In this document: positions 19,325 through 29,438 of the stretch, piece by piece | Numbering within the stretch: the stretch's first letter is position 1 | Layout of the letters: each line of letters starts with the position of its first letter | NCBI GenBank assembly: GCA_963422205.2 | Contig: CAXMWX010000001.1 | Span: 192,001 to 256,000, forward strand | DNA from: Gammaproteobacteria bacterium | Lineage (GTDB): Bacteria; Pseudomonadota; Gammaproteobacteria; Eutrophobiales; Eutrophobiaceae | DNA: 64,000 bases | Direction: 5' to 3' | Program-made: the position numbers and the translations under genes | The notes under the pieces: generated by a model | What the model was told of the DNA's origin: nothing | Databases searched by the model: none | The model's input: only the letters and a program-made list of their open reading frames with translations

Positions 19325-20806
19325 TTATAACACGGGCGAATCAATGATCTGGTATTCGACCAGCTGATCGCCCGGCTTGGCTTGCTCCTGGGTTAATTGC
19401 ACCAGGACGTTATAGTATTTGCGTATGTTTTTCACGAACTGCACCGGTTCATGTCCCCGGGCATAGCCGTATCGGGTTTGTGCATACCATGACTTTTTGC
19501 TCAGCAAGGGCAGGTGCGTTTTCACCGCATCCCATGAATCCGGATCAGCGCCCTGTTTTTGCGTCAGCACCCGCGCATCCTCCAGATGGCCAAAGCCGAC
19601 ATTATAGGCCGCTAACATGAACCACGTCCGATCCGGCTCGCCGATGCGGGCGGGGATTTTCTCTGCCAACTGCCGCAGGTAGTTTGCACCGCCCTGGATG
19701 CTTTGTTGTGCATCCAGTCGGTCTGTCACGCCGACGTGTCGGGCTGTGGCCCGGGTGAGCATCATGATCCCTCTGACCCCGGTGGCCGAGCGCGCCATCG
19801 GATCCCAGTGTGACTCCTGATAACTCAGGGCAGCGAGCAGGCGCCAGTCGAAGGCAAACTCCGCCGCCGCCGCCTGGAACAAAGGTTTAAGCTCACGCAA
19901 CCGCCGGTGGTAGCGATCGATAAATTTGCGCGAGTCCACATAATCGAAAAATTCAACAGGGCCGTAGAATTGCTGTATCAACTCGGCCAGCCTGCCGTCA
20001 GCCGTTATTTTTTGATAGAACTGCTGTACCGATTGCAGCAGGGAGTCATCGTGGTCTTCCAGCTTCAACAGCCAGCTTAAGGGTTGTTGTGAAGAGATAT
20101 CAAATGCGGTTCGGATCTCCGGGTTCAGCAGCCTGGCATGGGCAAGTTCATTGGAATAGGCAACGGTGTAGCGGATCTCGCCTCTCTCCACCATCTGCAA
20201 TAATTCGTAGGTACTCTTGTCAGGATGTATCTCCCAGGCCAGAGTGGGATATCGCCGGCGGTATTGCTCAAGGACGGCGCTTTGCAGCATCCCTTCGGAC
20301 AGGTGCAGTATATGCGGATACATCTCCCCCAGGTTGTGCGGTTTGCTCTGGCCGTTGCGATACACCACCTGCTTTGTGACCCATTGATAACCGGGACCAA
20401 ACACCAGTCGTTGATCATTGTCTGTCGGGTGAATCATGCCAACGGCGGCCAGATCGGCCTGGTTTGTGCTGATAAGCTGCGCTATATCGGCTGTGTTATT
20501 GACGATGACAAGTTCATAATCAACGCCAAGCTCCCGGGCGAATCTGCTCAACAATTCATACTCCAGGCCAGTCTCGCCGTCTTTGTCGATGTAGTATGTG
20601 CTGGGGGCAAGACGGGTGATCACCCGGATCACGCCGGCCTCCTGTATCGCCTCAAGGTGTGTGCGTTTGTCAGCGCAGGCCGATAAAACAAATACGCATA
20701 ACAGGCTGGCTGCCCTGCTGATGACCGGCGGGTATCGCAAGTGGTGCGCTCTGTTCACCGGGTTTACAGGGCGGCGGTGCGGCCTGGATTTAAAGTGGCC
20801 ATGCAA
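19325..20806 (-). CDS. mltF: Membrane-bound lytic murein transglycosylase F (start uncertain)
   Basis: Solute-binding-like N-domain plus SLT domain (YQESHW, GIMMLT, AAYNVGFGH, YGYARG); LSAC lipobox-like motif. Confidence 0.92.
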   Translation of the reverse strand: MHGHFKSRPHRRPVNPVNRAHHLRYPPVISRAASLLCVFVLSACADKRTHLEAIQEAGVIRVITRLAPSTYYIDKDGETGLEYELLSRFARELGVDYELVIVNNTADIAQLISTNQADLAAVGMIHPTDNDQRLVFGPGYQWVTKQVVYRNGQSKPHNLGEMYPHILHLSEGMLQSAVLEQYRRRYPTLAWEIHPDKSTYELLQMVERGEIRYTVAYSNELAHARLLNPEIRTAFDISSQQPLSWLLKLEDHDDSLLQSVQQFYQKITADGRLAELIQQFYGPVEFFDYVDSRKFIDRYHRRLRELKPLFQAAAAEFAFDWRLLAALSYQESHWDPMARSATGVRGIMMLTRATARHVGVTDRLDAQQSIQGGANYLRQLAEKIPARIGEPDRTWFMLAAYNVGFGHLEDARVLTQKQGADPDSWDAVKTHLPLLSKKSWYAQTRYGYARGHEPVQFVKNIRKYYNVLVQLTQEQAKPGDQLVEYQIIDSPVL

Positions 20807-20874
20807 TCCTCACTGGGCGACTCTCACTGGGCAATCCTCACCGGGCGGCTCTCACTGGGCGATGCTCATCGCCC
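20804..20874. repeat. 14-bp tandem repeat (4 units) ending in a perfect 8-bp hairpin
   Basis: caatcctcactggg / cgactctcactggg / caatcctcaccggg / cggctctcactggg, then gggcgatg-ct-catcgccc. Confidence 0.8.
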
Positions 20875-20948
20875 AAGCAGCGCTTGCGTGAAGAGGGTGC
20901 GGCAAGAAGAGGCTCAAATAACAAACAGCGCACCATGCGGGTTGGGTA

Positions 20949-21947
20949 TTATTTACGCACCAGCAGTAATGAATAATATTCGTTGCCGGGTTGAAAGTGT
21001 GCTATCCGGGTGAAGCCCGCCGCCGTCAGCATCTGCTCCAATTCGTGATAGGCAAACTTGTGGCTCAACTCCGTGAGTATTTGCTCGCCTGCCTGCAACT
21101 CAATGGTCTCATCCAGCGCTTGCAGGGTGATGGTTTGGGTGATCAGCGAGACAAGATACATCTCAATGCGGTTCAGCTCGGTGTTATACAGGGCCTTATG
21201 GGAGAAATTGTCCACGGCAAAATCGGCGCCCAATTCCCGGTTCAACACGCATAACAGGTTCAGGTTGAATCTGGCAGTCACGCCCCGGGCATCATTATAG
21301 GCACAGTGCAGGGTGTTGGTATCCTTGATGCGATCAGCCCCTAACAGAAAGTGATCATCGGTATTCATGCAGTGGTAGACTTCATTAAGAAAACGCCTCG
21401 CCTCGGTGCGGGCAAAGTTGCCAATCGTGCCGCCGAGAAACAGATACAGGCGTGAACCGTAAAAGTCAGGCAGGTTATCAAGGCCGGCATGATAATCGCC
21501 GAGCATGGGCGTAATCCTCAGCCAGTCATAGTGGGTTTTCAGCGTGTGCGCCGCTTCATGCAGGGCCGGCTCACAGACATCAAACGGCGCATAATCACAG
21601 GCATGGGTCTGCTCTTCACAGGCATCAAACAAGTGCTTGGTCTTGGCCGAACTGCCGCTGCCGAACTCGATAATTTTATCCGGTCGTGCCCGGGAGATGA
21701 TCGCCGGGCTGTGTTCAAGCAGCAGATTGTCTTCCGTGCGGGTCGGGTAGTATTCTGTGGTCTGACAGATCTCCTGAAACAATTTGGCACCGGTATCATC
21801 ATAAAAATATTTCGGCGGCAGCGCTCTTGGTGCGGTCAACAGGCCGCTGCGGGCATCTTCAAGCAGGCCCGGTAGTTCTCTGGATGGTTTAACGTGAAAC
21901 ACGCCCGCCGAATCGGCAGGCTGAAGCGCATCTGCGTAAAATTGCAT
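20949..21947 (-). CDS. egtD: L-histidine N-alpha-methyltransferase
   Basis: PPKYFYD, EYYPTRTE, EFGSGSSAKT, GTIGNF, AYND..GVTARFNLN. Confidence 0.92.
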   Translation of the reverse strand: MQFYADALQPADSAGVFHVKPSRELPGLLEDARSGLLTAPRALPPKYFYDDTGAKLFQEICQTTEYYPTRTEDNLLLEHSPAIISRARPDKIIEFGSGSSAKTKHLFDACEEQTHACDYAPFDVCEPALHEAAHTLKTHYDWLRITPMLGDYHAGLDNLPDFYGSRLYLFLGGTIGNFARTEARRFLNEVYHCMNTDDHFLLGADRIKDTNTLHCAYNDARGVTARFNLNLLCVLNRELGADFAVDNFSHKALYNTELNRIEMYLVSLITQTITLQALDETIELQAGEQILTELSHKFAYHELEQMLTAAGFTRIAHFQPGNEYYSLLLVRK

Positions 21948-22073
21948 TATGATTAATGTTTATTTCCTGACGGCGACACACTACCATTTAGCGCTGGCTG
22001 TTTGCAACCAGCCAACACCGGCAAAAGCCGGGTTCACGCATGCCGCCATGCCGGTTCATGTCAGGAGAGCGCA

Positions 22074-24731
22074 ATGACTACCCAGAGCATCGATCAGTAT
22101 CTTGATAAGCGTTACACGGTGGTTACCGCAACCAACCGGCTGGCCAGATACTTTCGCCATCGTTATGCTGAAAGACAGGCCGAGAAGGGCAGGCAGAGTT
22201 GGGAGTCTGCCGATGTTTTGCCGTGGAGCGCCTGGTTGCAGCGCCTGTGGGAGCAGCACAATCTGCATCACGGGCAGGCGTTTTTGCTGCTCAATCCATA
22301 CCAGCAGAAACTGATCTGGCAAGCTGTCATTCAAGCCTCGGCATACAGCCGCAACATCCTGCATGTCGATGCCCTGGTGAGCGAGGCAATGGCCAGTTAT
22401 GCCCTGTGCAAGGCATGGCATATTCCGGTGTTTCCGAGCGGTTACTATTTGAATGATGATGCCCATGCCTTTAAGACCTGGCTGGCATCGTATGCACAAA
22501 AGCTACAGCACAAACGCTGGCTTGACGTGGAAACGCTGCCGGATTTTTTGCTCGAACACGGCATGAGCAGGCAGCATGGCAATAACACCGTTTTCTCCGG
22601 TTTTGATTTTATCACCGCCCAGCAGCAGGCAATCATACAGGCGCTGCACACTCTGGGGCTGACGGTGCTTATCGATACCCCGCCCGCAATCAACCAGAGT
22701 GCCGGGTACATGGATTTTCCTGACACCGATACGGAAATGACGGCGGCGGCCAGTTATGCACGGCAGGTTGCTGCCGCCGGGCAAGGGCAGAGGATAGGGA
22801 TCATCGTACCGAATCTGGCCGAGGATCGGGAAGCGATTATCCGTATTTTCCAGCGCGTGTTGCAGCCTGCCAGCCTGCTGACAGATCACGGCGATGACAG
22901 TGCTGTGTTTACTATCTCACTCGGCAAGCCGCTGCAAGACTATGCGCTGGTGCAAGCCGCATTGACCGTGCTGGCACTGGCCCGGCGGCAGGTGTATTTT
23001 TCTGATGTCAGCCGATTGCTGCATTCGCCCTACATCGCTGGTGCAGAAAAAGAAGCGGTAGCACGCGCCGGGCTGGAGTATGAATTACGCCGTCATGGCG
23101 AGCGGGTATGGTATAAGGATACGCTGCTGCACAGGCTGGGACAGGCGGCTGGCAAGGAAAATCATGCGCCGGATTTTATCCAGAGATTAAGCGCCATGGA
23201 GTCCGCCATGCTGGCCTGTTCGGGCAGGCATCGTCTTGCAGATTGGGTCGGGTTGTTTTCGCGCCTGCTGGATAGTGCCGGCTGGCCGGGTGAGCGGGAG
23301 TTAAGCAGCGAGGAGTACCAGCTGGTCAATGCCTGGCATGAGCGGGTGGCAACGTTGACCAGCCTGGATCACCTGCTGGGTGAAATCGATTATGCACAGG
23401 CCATCTTGCAGCTAACTCGCATCATCAATGCCACCCGGTTTCAGCCGGAGACAGCCGAGTCGGGCATCCAGGTGTTGAACATCACCTCGGCCGCCGCCAT
23501 GCAGTTTGATCATCTCTGGATAACCGGCCTGCATGATGCCGCCTGGCCGCCTGTGATGGGAAATTACCCGTTTATCCCGGCCAGACTGCGCGCCGAATCA
23601 GCCATGCCTTTTGCCGATACAGCCCGGCATTATGATTATACCAAAGCACTGTTAAAGTCGCTGGTCAGCTCCGCCCGGCATGTTGTGTTGAGTTTTGCAC
23701 ACCGGGAAAAAGACAGTGTACGAAGCCCCAGCCCGCTGCTGAAAGACCATGCCCGGCGTGATCAGGATTGTCTGGTGCTGGCCGAGGATGTGCGGCAGTC
23801 AATCCGCCGGGCAGCGGAGTTGGAGCAGATAGAGGATATGGCCTGTCATGTGCTGCCATCGACAGAGATCAGCGGCGGGGCGGGTATCTTCACCGATCAG
23901 GCCAAGTGTCCATTTCGCGCATTTGCCAAACATCGCCTTCATGCAGACAGCCTGCCTGAATTGACTGTTGGACTTGATCGTATGCAGAGAGGCTCGCTGG
24001 TGCACCTGGCCATGGAATTGTTCTGGGGCGAGATAGAATCACAGCAGAATTTACAGCAACTGACCCCGGCAGAGCAGCAGATGTACGTGCAGCGCTGTGT
24101 TGATCAGGCCATTGAACAGACGCTGGACAGGCAGCCGGCCATCGTCAATGCGAACTTCATGCAGGTTGAAGGCCAGCGCCTGGCCGCCCTGCTGAACGAG
24201 TGGCTGGAGTATGAAAAAACCCGCACCCCGTTCATCGTCAAGGCCACCGAAAGCCGACAGACGGCGCAGATAGGGAATATCCGCTGCAAGATGCGCCTGG
24301 ATCGGATCGATGCGTTGGCCGATGGAAGCGAGATCATCCTCGATTACAAAACCGGCCAGGTCAATAAGGCAAACTGGTTTGATGAGCGGCCCGCCGACCC
24401 GCAACTGCCTGTCTATGCTGTCAGTCATGGCGAGCCGCTGGCCGCCGTGGCCTATGCCCATGTCAGGCAGGGCGAATGCCGGTTCAGCGGTGTCAGCCGA
24501 TCAGCACACCTGCTGCCGGGTGTCGATGCCCTGACCGCATCTGACACGGCGGCCAACGGCGAGCGACCATCCTGGCCGGGGCAGTTGGATCACTGGCGGG
24601 AGATCATCCACCAACTGGCGCATGAGTTTCAGCAGGGCGTGGCCGAGGTTAAGCCGTTACATTCCGAGGTCTGCCGTTATTGCGACCTGCCGACCCTGTG
24701 CCGCATCCGTGAGGTAATGGCAGAAGAATGA
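22074..24731 (+). CDS. AddB-like DNA repair protein with C-terminal PD-(D/E)xK nuclease
   Basis: KCPFRAF, RLDRID...ILDYKTG, PQLPVY, CRYCDLPTLC (Fe-S type cysteines); coupled to helicase gene. Confidence 0.85.
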   Translation: MTTQSIDQYLDKRYTVVTATNRLARYFRHRYAERQAEKGRQSWESADVLPWSAWLQRLWEQHNLHHGQAFLLLNPYQQKLIWQAVIQASAYSRNILHVDALVSEAMASYALCKAWHIPVFPSGYYLNDDAHAFKTWLASYAQKLQHKRWLDVETLPDFLLEHGMSRQHGNNTVFSGFDFITAQQQAIIQALHTLGLTVLIDTPPAINQSAGYMDFPDTDTEMTAAASYARQVAAAGQGQRIGIIVPNLAEDREAIIRIFQRVLQPASLLTDHGDDSAVFTISLGKPLQDYALVQAALTVLALARRQVYFSDVSRLLHSPYIAGAEKEAVARAGLEYELRRHGERVWYKDTLLHRLGQAAGKENHAPDFIQRLSAMESAMLACSGRHRLADWVGLFSRLLDSAGWPGERELSSEEYQLVNAWHERVATLTSLDHLLGEIDYAQAILQLTRIINATRFQPETAESGIQVLNITSAAAMQFDHLWITGLHDAAWPPVMGNYPFIPARLRAESAMPFADTARHYDYTKALLKSLVSSARHVVLSFAHREKDSVRSPSPLLKDHARRDQDCLVLAEDVRQSIRRAAELEQIEDMACHVLPSTEISGGAGIFTDQAKCPFRAFAKHRLHADSLPELTVGLDRMQRGSLVHLAMELFWGEIESQQNLQQLTPAEQQMYVQRCVDQAIEQTLDRQPAIVNANFMQVEGQRLAALLNEWLEYEKTRTPFIVKATESRQTAQIGNIRCKMRLDRIDALADGSEIILDYKTGQVNKANWFDERPADPQLPVYAVSHGEPLAAVAYAHVRQGECRFSGVSRSAHLLPGVDALTASDTAANGERPSWPGQLDHWREIIHQLAHEFQQGVAEVKPLHSEVCRYCDLPTLCRIREVMAEE

Positions 24732-27700
24732 CGCTGCCGCCTGCCGCCCTGCCCACCGATAACGAGGCGCGCTCATCAGCGATCCGGCCCGGACGCTCTT
24801 TTATCGTCCAGGCACCGGCCGGCTCTGGCAAGACCGAGTTGCTGATCCAGCGCTATCTCGCCTTGCTCGCCACGGTTGATCATCCCGAGGAGGTCATCGC
24901 CGTGACCTTCACGCGCAAGGCGGCCACCGAGATGCAACAGCGCATACTGGCGGCACTCACCGCGGCGGTGTCGGCACAGGCGCCAACGACAGCACATGCA
25001 CACCGAACGTACACGCTCGCCCTTGCGGTCATGGAAAAAAGCCGGCAGGGCGACTGGCACATTATTGATAATCCGGGGCGGCTGAGGATACAAACCATCG
25101 ATTCTTTATGTGCCTATCTGACGAGGCAGATGCCTGTTCTCTCGCAACACGGCGGCCGGGTAAAGACCGTGGAAGATACGGGGGCGCTGTATGAAGAGGC
25201 GGCGATCAACACGCTCAGTACCATTTTATCGGCTGATTTTTATTCCGATACGTTTCAGCACCTGCTGTTACATCTGGATAATGATCTGCCCAGATTGGCA
25301 TCCCTGTTACAGGACATGCTCGGCCAGCGCGATCAGTGGTCACGTTATCTCTCTGCTGCTGGCAACCGCCAGGAGTTGCAACACGCCATCGGGGTGCTGG
25401 TGGAGGAGAGGTTGCGACAGGTGGCTGCTTTATTTCCGCAGGATTGTGTGGCCGACTTGCTGGCCCTGCTGGATTATGCCGCCGGGAAGTTAGCCAGCCA
25501 GGGCGATGATACGCTAGTGCCCTGCCAGGGCCTGGCGGCATTGCCCGGCAGCGAGATCGGTGATCTGGCGGCATGGCAGGGTATTGCCGATTTTCTACTG
25601 ACCCGGAAAGGTGGCTGGCGGGTGCAAGTGGACAAGCGTCAGGGCTTCCCATCTCCGGCGGAGAACCAGGCGGAGGCGGTGCTGCGAAAAGAAAAGAAGG
25701 CCGCCATGAAGGCACTGCTGCTGGCCTTGCATGAGAAGTCTGAACTTGCTGCCCTGTTGGGTGATGTCCGATTACTGCCTGCCCCTGAGTACAGCGATGC
25801 AGAATGGCGGGCGGTTGATGGCCTGTGCGAGTTGCTGAAAATAGCCAGTGCCGAGCTAAAAGTGCTCTTCTCCACTAGCGGTGAGTCGGATTTCATCGGC
25901 ATCGCCGAGGCCGCCATGAATGCGCTGGGTACGCCGGATGAACCCACCGATCTGGCCTTGTATCTGGATTATCAGGTGAAGCATATTCTGGTGGATGAGT
26001 TTCAGGATATTTCAGTCAATCAGTTCCGGCTGGTGGAGGCGCTGGTGGCCGGCTGGCAGGCCGATGATGGCCGGACATTATTTCTTGTCGGCGATCCCAT
26101 GCAGTCTATTTATGGCTTCAGAGAGGCCGAGGTCGGGCAGTTTATCTCAACGTTTCACCGCCGCCGCCTGGGCGATGTTGCCCTGACCGCATTGCGGTTA
26201 AGCTGTAATTTTCGCTCCCAACCCCGGATCATCGACTGGATTAATCACAGTTTTACTAGCGTATTCCCGGCATACGATGATGTGGCGGTCGGGGCGGTTA
26301 AGTTCAGTCCCTCAACGATGCTGGAGGAGGCGCCAGCCGGGATGGTTAAGGTGTATCCGTATCAGTCCGGCCAACACGCCGCAGAAGCACAACAGACCGC
26401 CGATATTATCCAGACCATCCGGGCCGAACATCCAGCCGACAGCATTGCCCTGCTGGTCAGGAGCCGCCGTCATCTTGGCGATATCCTGCCGCTGTTACGA
26501 GATGCGGGGGTGACCTATCAGGCGATTGATATTGATGCCCTGGGCGAGCAGCCGTACATACAGGATGTATTCGCCTTGACCCGGGCCTATTTATACCCGG
26601 CTGATCGCCTGGCCTGGTTATCCGTTTTAAGGGCGCCCTGGTGCGGCTTGCCGCTGGATGATCTGTTTACCATCGTCCATGCCGCTAACAGTCAATCAAC
26701 GGGCCGATCCCTGTGGCACTGTTGCCAGCAGGTGCTCGATGATGAGGTGCTTGAGGGCAGCGCCCGGCAGCGGCTGGCCGCCCTGGTGGCTGCCTTTGCC
26801 CCCGTGCTGTCCAATCGGCAAAGACACAGCGTAAGGCACAGCGTTGAGTCCATCTGGTGTCGCCTGGGTGGCCCGGCCACCTTGACCCACGCCGCCCAGC
26901 TCGACAATGTCGAAGCCTTCTTCCGGCTGATTGCCAGCCTGGATAAGGCCGGCCGTATTGATGACATAGGCCTGCTGGAGCGAAAAACAGCCGCCCTGTA
27001 CGCCTTGCCGGACAGTCATGGCGAACAAAACCCGGTGCAGGTGATGACCATGCACAAGTCCAAAGGACTGGAATTTGATCATGTGGTGTTGCCGCAACTA
27101 GGCCGTAAGCCCAAGGCACGCCAGAGCGCCCTGTTGCTGTGGATGCTGCACCCCGATCACTCAGGCCATGCTCACCTGCTGTTATCCCCGATCGCACCAA
27201 TCGGGCGGAACGACCAGGGGCCGGGCCGGTTGTATCGTTATCTGGCGATGATCAAAAAACGCAAGGCCGAGCATGAGGCCGCCCGTCTGCTGTATGTGGC
27301 CGCCACCCGGGCCAGGTGCTCGCTGCATCTGCTGGGGCAGGCCAAATCGGTAACGACCAGCGAGGCAGAGCAGGCGTATAACCCCCCGTCCGGCTCCTTG
27401 CTGGCACATCTGTGGCCAGCGGTGGCCGATCAATTTGCTCATGTTGCCGGGGAGGGGGATCAGCGCCCGCCCGCCGCCTCGCCGCCTGCCGCCCCGCACT
27501 GTCTGACACGGCTGCCTGCCAACTGGCAACTACCGGCTATCGACATACCGATCACGCCCCGCCAGCGGCGGCATGATCATCCGCTGGATTATCCTGAGCT
27601 GGTGATACACTTTGATTGGGCGGGGGAGACGATCAAGCATGTCGGTACCGTGGCGCACCGTTATCTGGCACAGATATCGGACGTGCCAGAGCCACGCCTT

Positions 27701-28150
27701 GGCGGCAGTCCGGCGCTTGCCGCCTCGATCCGTCACGGCCTGCTGCAAGCCGGTGTCAAGGCGAGCGAAGTCAGCCGGGCAGGTGAGTTAGTGCTGACGG
27801 CGCTGCATAACATACAAACCGACGAGCGAGGCCGCTGGCTGTTTTGTCGAACACACACACAGGCCAGCAATGAATATGCTTTGAGCGGCATGGTCGCCGG
27901 CCAGGTCATGCATGTTGTGATGGATAGAACCTTTATCGACAAGGCGGGCTGTCGCTGGATTATTGATTACAAGATCAGCCGACACGAAGGCGATGATCGG
28001 GAGAGTTTTCTTGATCATGAACTGGACAGATACCGGCACAAGATGGCGCTTTACGCCCGCATCATGGCCGGTCTGGAACAACGGCCAACCCGGCTTGGCC
28101 TGTATTTTCCCCTGCTAAAGGGCTGGCGGTGCTGGCAGTTCACCGGCTGA
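24728..28150 (+). CDS. AddA-like UvrD helicase-nuclease
   Basis: APAGSGKT, VTFTRKAA, DEFQD, VGDPMQSIYGFR, TMHKSKGLEF, LYVAATRAR, C-terminal DR...IIDYK. Confidence 0.9.
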   Translation: MTLPPAALPTDNEARSSAIRPGRSFIVQAPAGSGKTELLIQRYLALLATVDHPEEVIAVTFTRKAATEMQQRILAALTAAVSAQAPTTAHAHRTYTLALAVMEKSRQGDWHIIDNPGRLRIQTIDSLCAYLTRQMPVLSQHGGRVKTVEDTGALYEEAAINTLSTILSADFYSDTFQHLLLHLDNDLPRLASLLQDMLGQRDQWSRYLSAAGNRQELQHAIGVLVEERLRQVAALFPQDCVADLLALLDYAAGKLASQGDDTLVPCQGLAALPGSEIGDLAAWQGIADFLLTRKGGWRVQVDKRQGFPSPAENQAEAVLRKEKKAAMKALLLALHEKSELAALLGDVRLLPAPEYSDAEWRAVDGLCELLKIASAELKVLFSTSGESDFIGIAEAAMNALGTPDEPTDLALYLDYQVKHILVDEFQDISVNQFRLVEALVAGWQADDGRTLFLVGDPMQSIYGFREAEVGQFISTFHRRRLGDVALTALRLSCNFRSQPRIIDWINHSFTSVFPAYDDVAVGAVKFSPSTMLEEAPAGMVKVYPYQSGQHAAEAQQTADIIQTIRAEHPADSIALLVRSRRHLGDILPLLRDAGVTYQAIDIDALGEQPYIQDVFALTRAYLYPADRLAWLSVLRAPWCGLPLDDLFTIVHAANSQSTGRSLWHCCQQVLDDEVLEGSARQRLAALVAAFAPVLSNRQRHSVRHSVESIWCRLGGPATLTHAAQLDNVEAFFRLIASLDKAGRIDDIGLLERKTAALYALPDSHGEQNPVQVMTMHKSKGLEFDHVVLPQLGRKPKARQSALLLWMLHPDHSGHAHLLLSPIAPIGRNDQGPGRLYRYLAMIKKRKAEHEAARLLYVAATRARCSLHLLGQAKSVTTSEAEQAYNPPSGSLLAHLWPAVADQFAHVAGEGDQRPPAASPPAAPHCLTRLPANWQLPAIDIPITPRQRRHDHPLDYPELVIHFDWAGETIKHVGTVAHRYLAQISDVPEPRLGGSPALAASIRHGLLQAGVKASEVSRAGELVLTALHNIQTDERGRWLFCRTHTQASNEYALSGMVAGQVMHVVMDRTFIDKAGCRWIIDYKISRHEGDDRESFLDHELDRYRHKMALYARIMAGLEQRPTRLGLYFPLLKGWRCWQFTG

Positions 28151-28211
28151 GGGGTGGAACCAGCGCCCGGTTAATCCAGATCAAACCGAAGGCAGATGCC
28201 CCTCGCCCGTG

Positions 28212-29183
28212 CTAGTGCATCTCCAGCGAATCGTGTTCTACCACATGCGCCAGCGCCTGTTCCATAAGAAAACGTGCCTGGCCGGTGATGTTGCCCAGAT
28301 AGCTGTGCAACTGCTTGTCCCGGTCATCCAGGCTCTCGCACTCGCCGCTGTAGATTTCAAACTCGACCAGCTTTTTGATGATGCCAACCAGATGCAGCGG
28401 GCATTCACAGCCGACGATATTGGCCTTGTCGGTGAGCTGGGTGAGTTGCTCATTGGTATAAAGCCTTGCCTGGCTGGCCGACCCGGTCGCCACCGTCCGG
28501 TGATTTCGCCGCTGATGGGCATCCCGCAGGCTGTCTATCAACTCAAACAGGCTGTCCACAGAAACGGGCGCCTGCTTGCAGATGGTCACTTGTTGCATCA
28601 GTTGCTGTAGCAGTCTCTCCTTGGTGAAACCGTAGATCACAATGAATTTGGCGCGCTCATTTAATCGTTGCAGGTGCCCGATCTCATCCAGGGTGGTGGC
28701 CTGGATGCTGGGATATTCCAGCACAATAATGTCTGCTGTTTCTTTGCCGATGGCCGCCTTGAACTCTGCCAGGGAGCGGCTGGCGATGATGAACTCATAG
28801 TCAGGCGACTCATCCTCATCCGGTAATTGCAGCGGCAGAAATTGCCCATAAACAGCGACCTTGACGGTGTTGGTATTCTGCTCGGTATGATAGGCCGAGG
28901 TCTTGAATTGCCGCATCAAATACAGGCGCTGGGATAACTCTTCCAGGCTGAGACGGGCGATCCGGCCGATGGCATCCCCCCGGTCAACCAGGGTCTTGAG
29001 AATGGAAAGGCGGTTGATCTGCGCGCTGTTATACAGGCGATGGCTGCCTTGCTCTCTTGCTGGCGTGACAACGCTGTAACGTCGCTCCCAAATTCGCAAG
29101 GTATCCACCGAAATCCCGGTCAGGCGTGAGACGGCACCGATGCGGTACATCTGCTCTGTGCAATGTGCGGCTGGTTTTGACAT
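28212..29183 (-). CDS. MerR-family transcriptional regulator
   Basis: YRIGAVSRLTGISVDTLRIWERRY HTH; C-terminal CECPxHL. Confidence 0.88.
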   Translation of the reverse strand: MSKPAAHCTEQMYRIGAVSRLTGISVDTLRIWERRYSVVTPAREQGSHRLYNSAQINRLSILKTLVDRGDAIGRIARLSLEELSQRLYLMRQFKTSAYHTEQNTNTVKVAVYGQFLPLQLPDEDESPDYEFIIASRSLAEFKAAIGKETADIIVLEYPSIQATTLDEIGHLQRLNERAKFIVIYGFTKERLLQQLMQQVTICKQAPVSVDSLFELIDSLRDAHQRRNHRTVATGSASQARLYTNEQLTQLTDKANIVGCECPLHLVGIIKKLVEFEIYSGECESLDDRDKQLHSYLGNITGQARFLMEQALAHVVEHDSLEMH

Positions 29184-29438
29184 GTTTTCCTCCTTAATAT
29201 AGACTTAACATGGACAGTTTAACGGATAAAAATCTGCTTTATATCTCTGGCTAAACACACTTAACTGGTTAATAACTAATAAAAATATATTTTTTTATGG
29301 CCAAGCATCTGTTGTAGCCTGGCTTATTTATAGCTGAACGAATACTGTTTGTCTACAACAAAACATAAACGAAGGTAATAGTGTGTGTCTATTCGCTGGC
29401 AATGTCCACGAAATAAATCAAAACAAGCCGGTACAGCC

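Noticed and set aside
22074-28150. Helicase-nuclease pair as a novel defence system or Kiwa partner
   Set aside because: Motifs and order match housekeeping AddAB-type repair genes with backbone-like composition, outside the island
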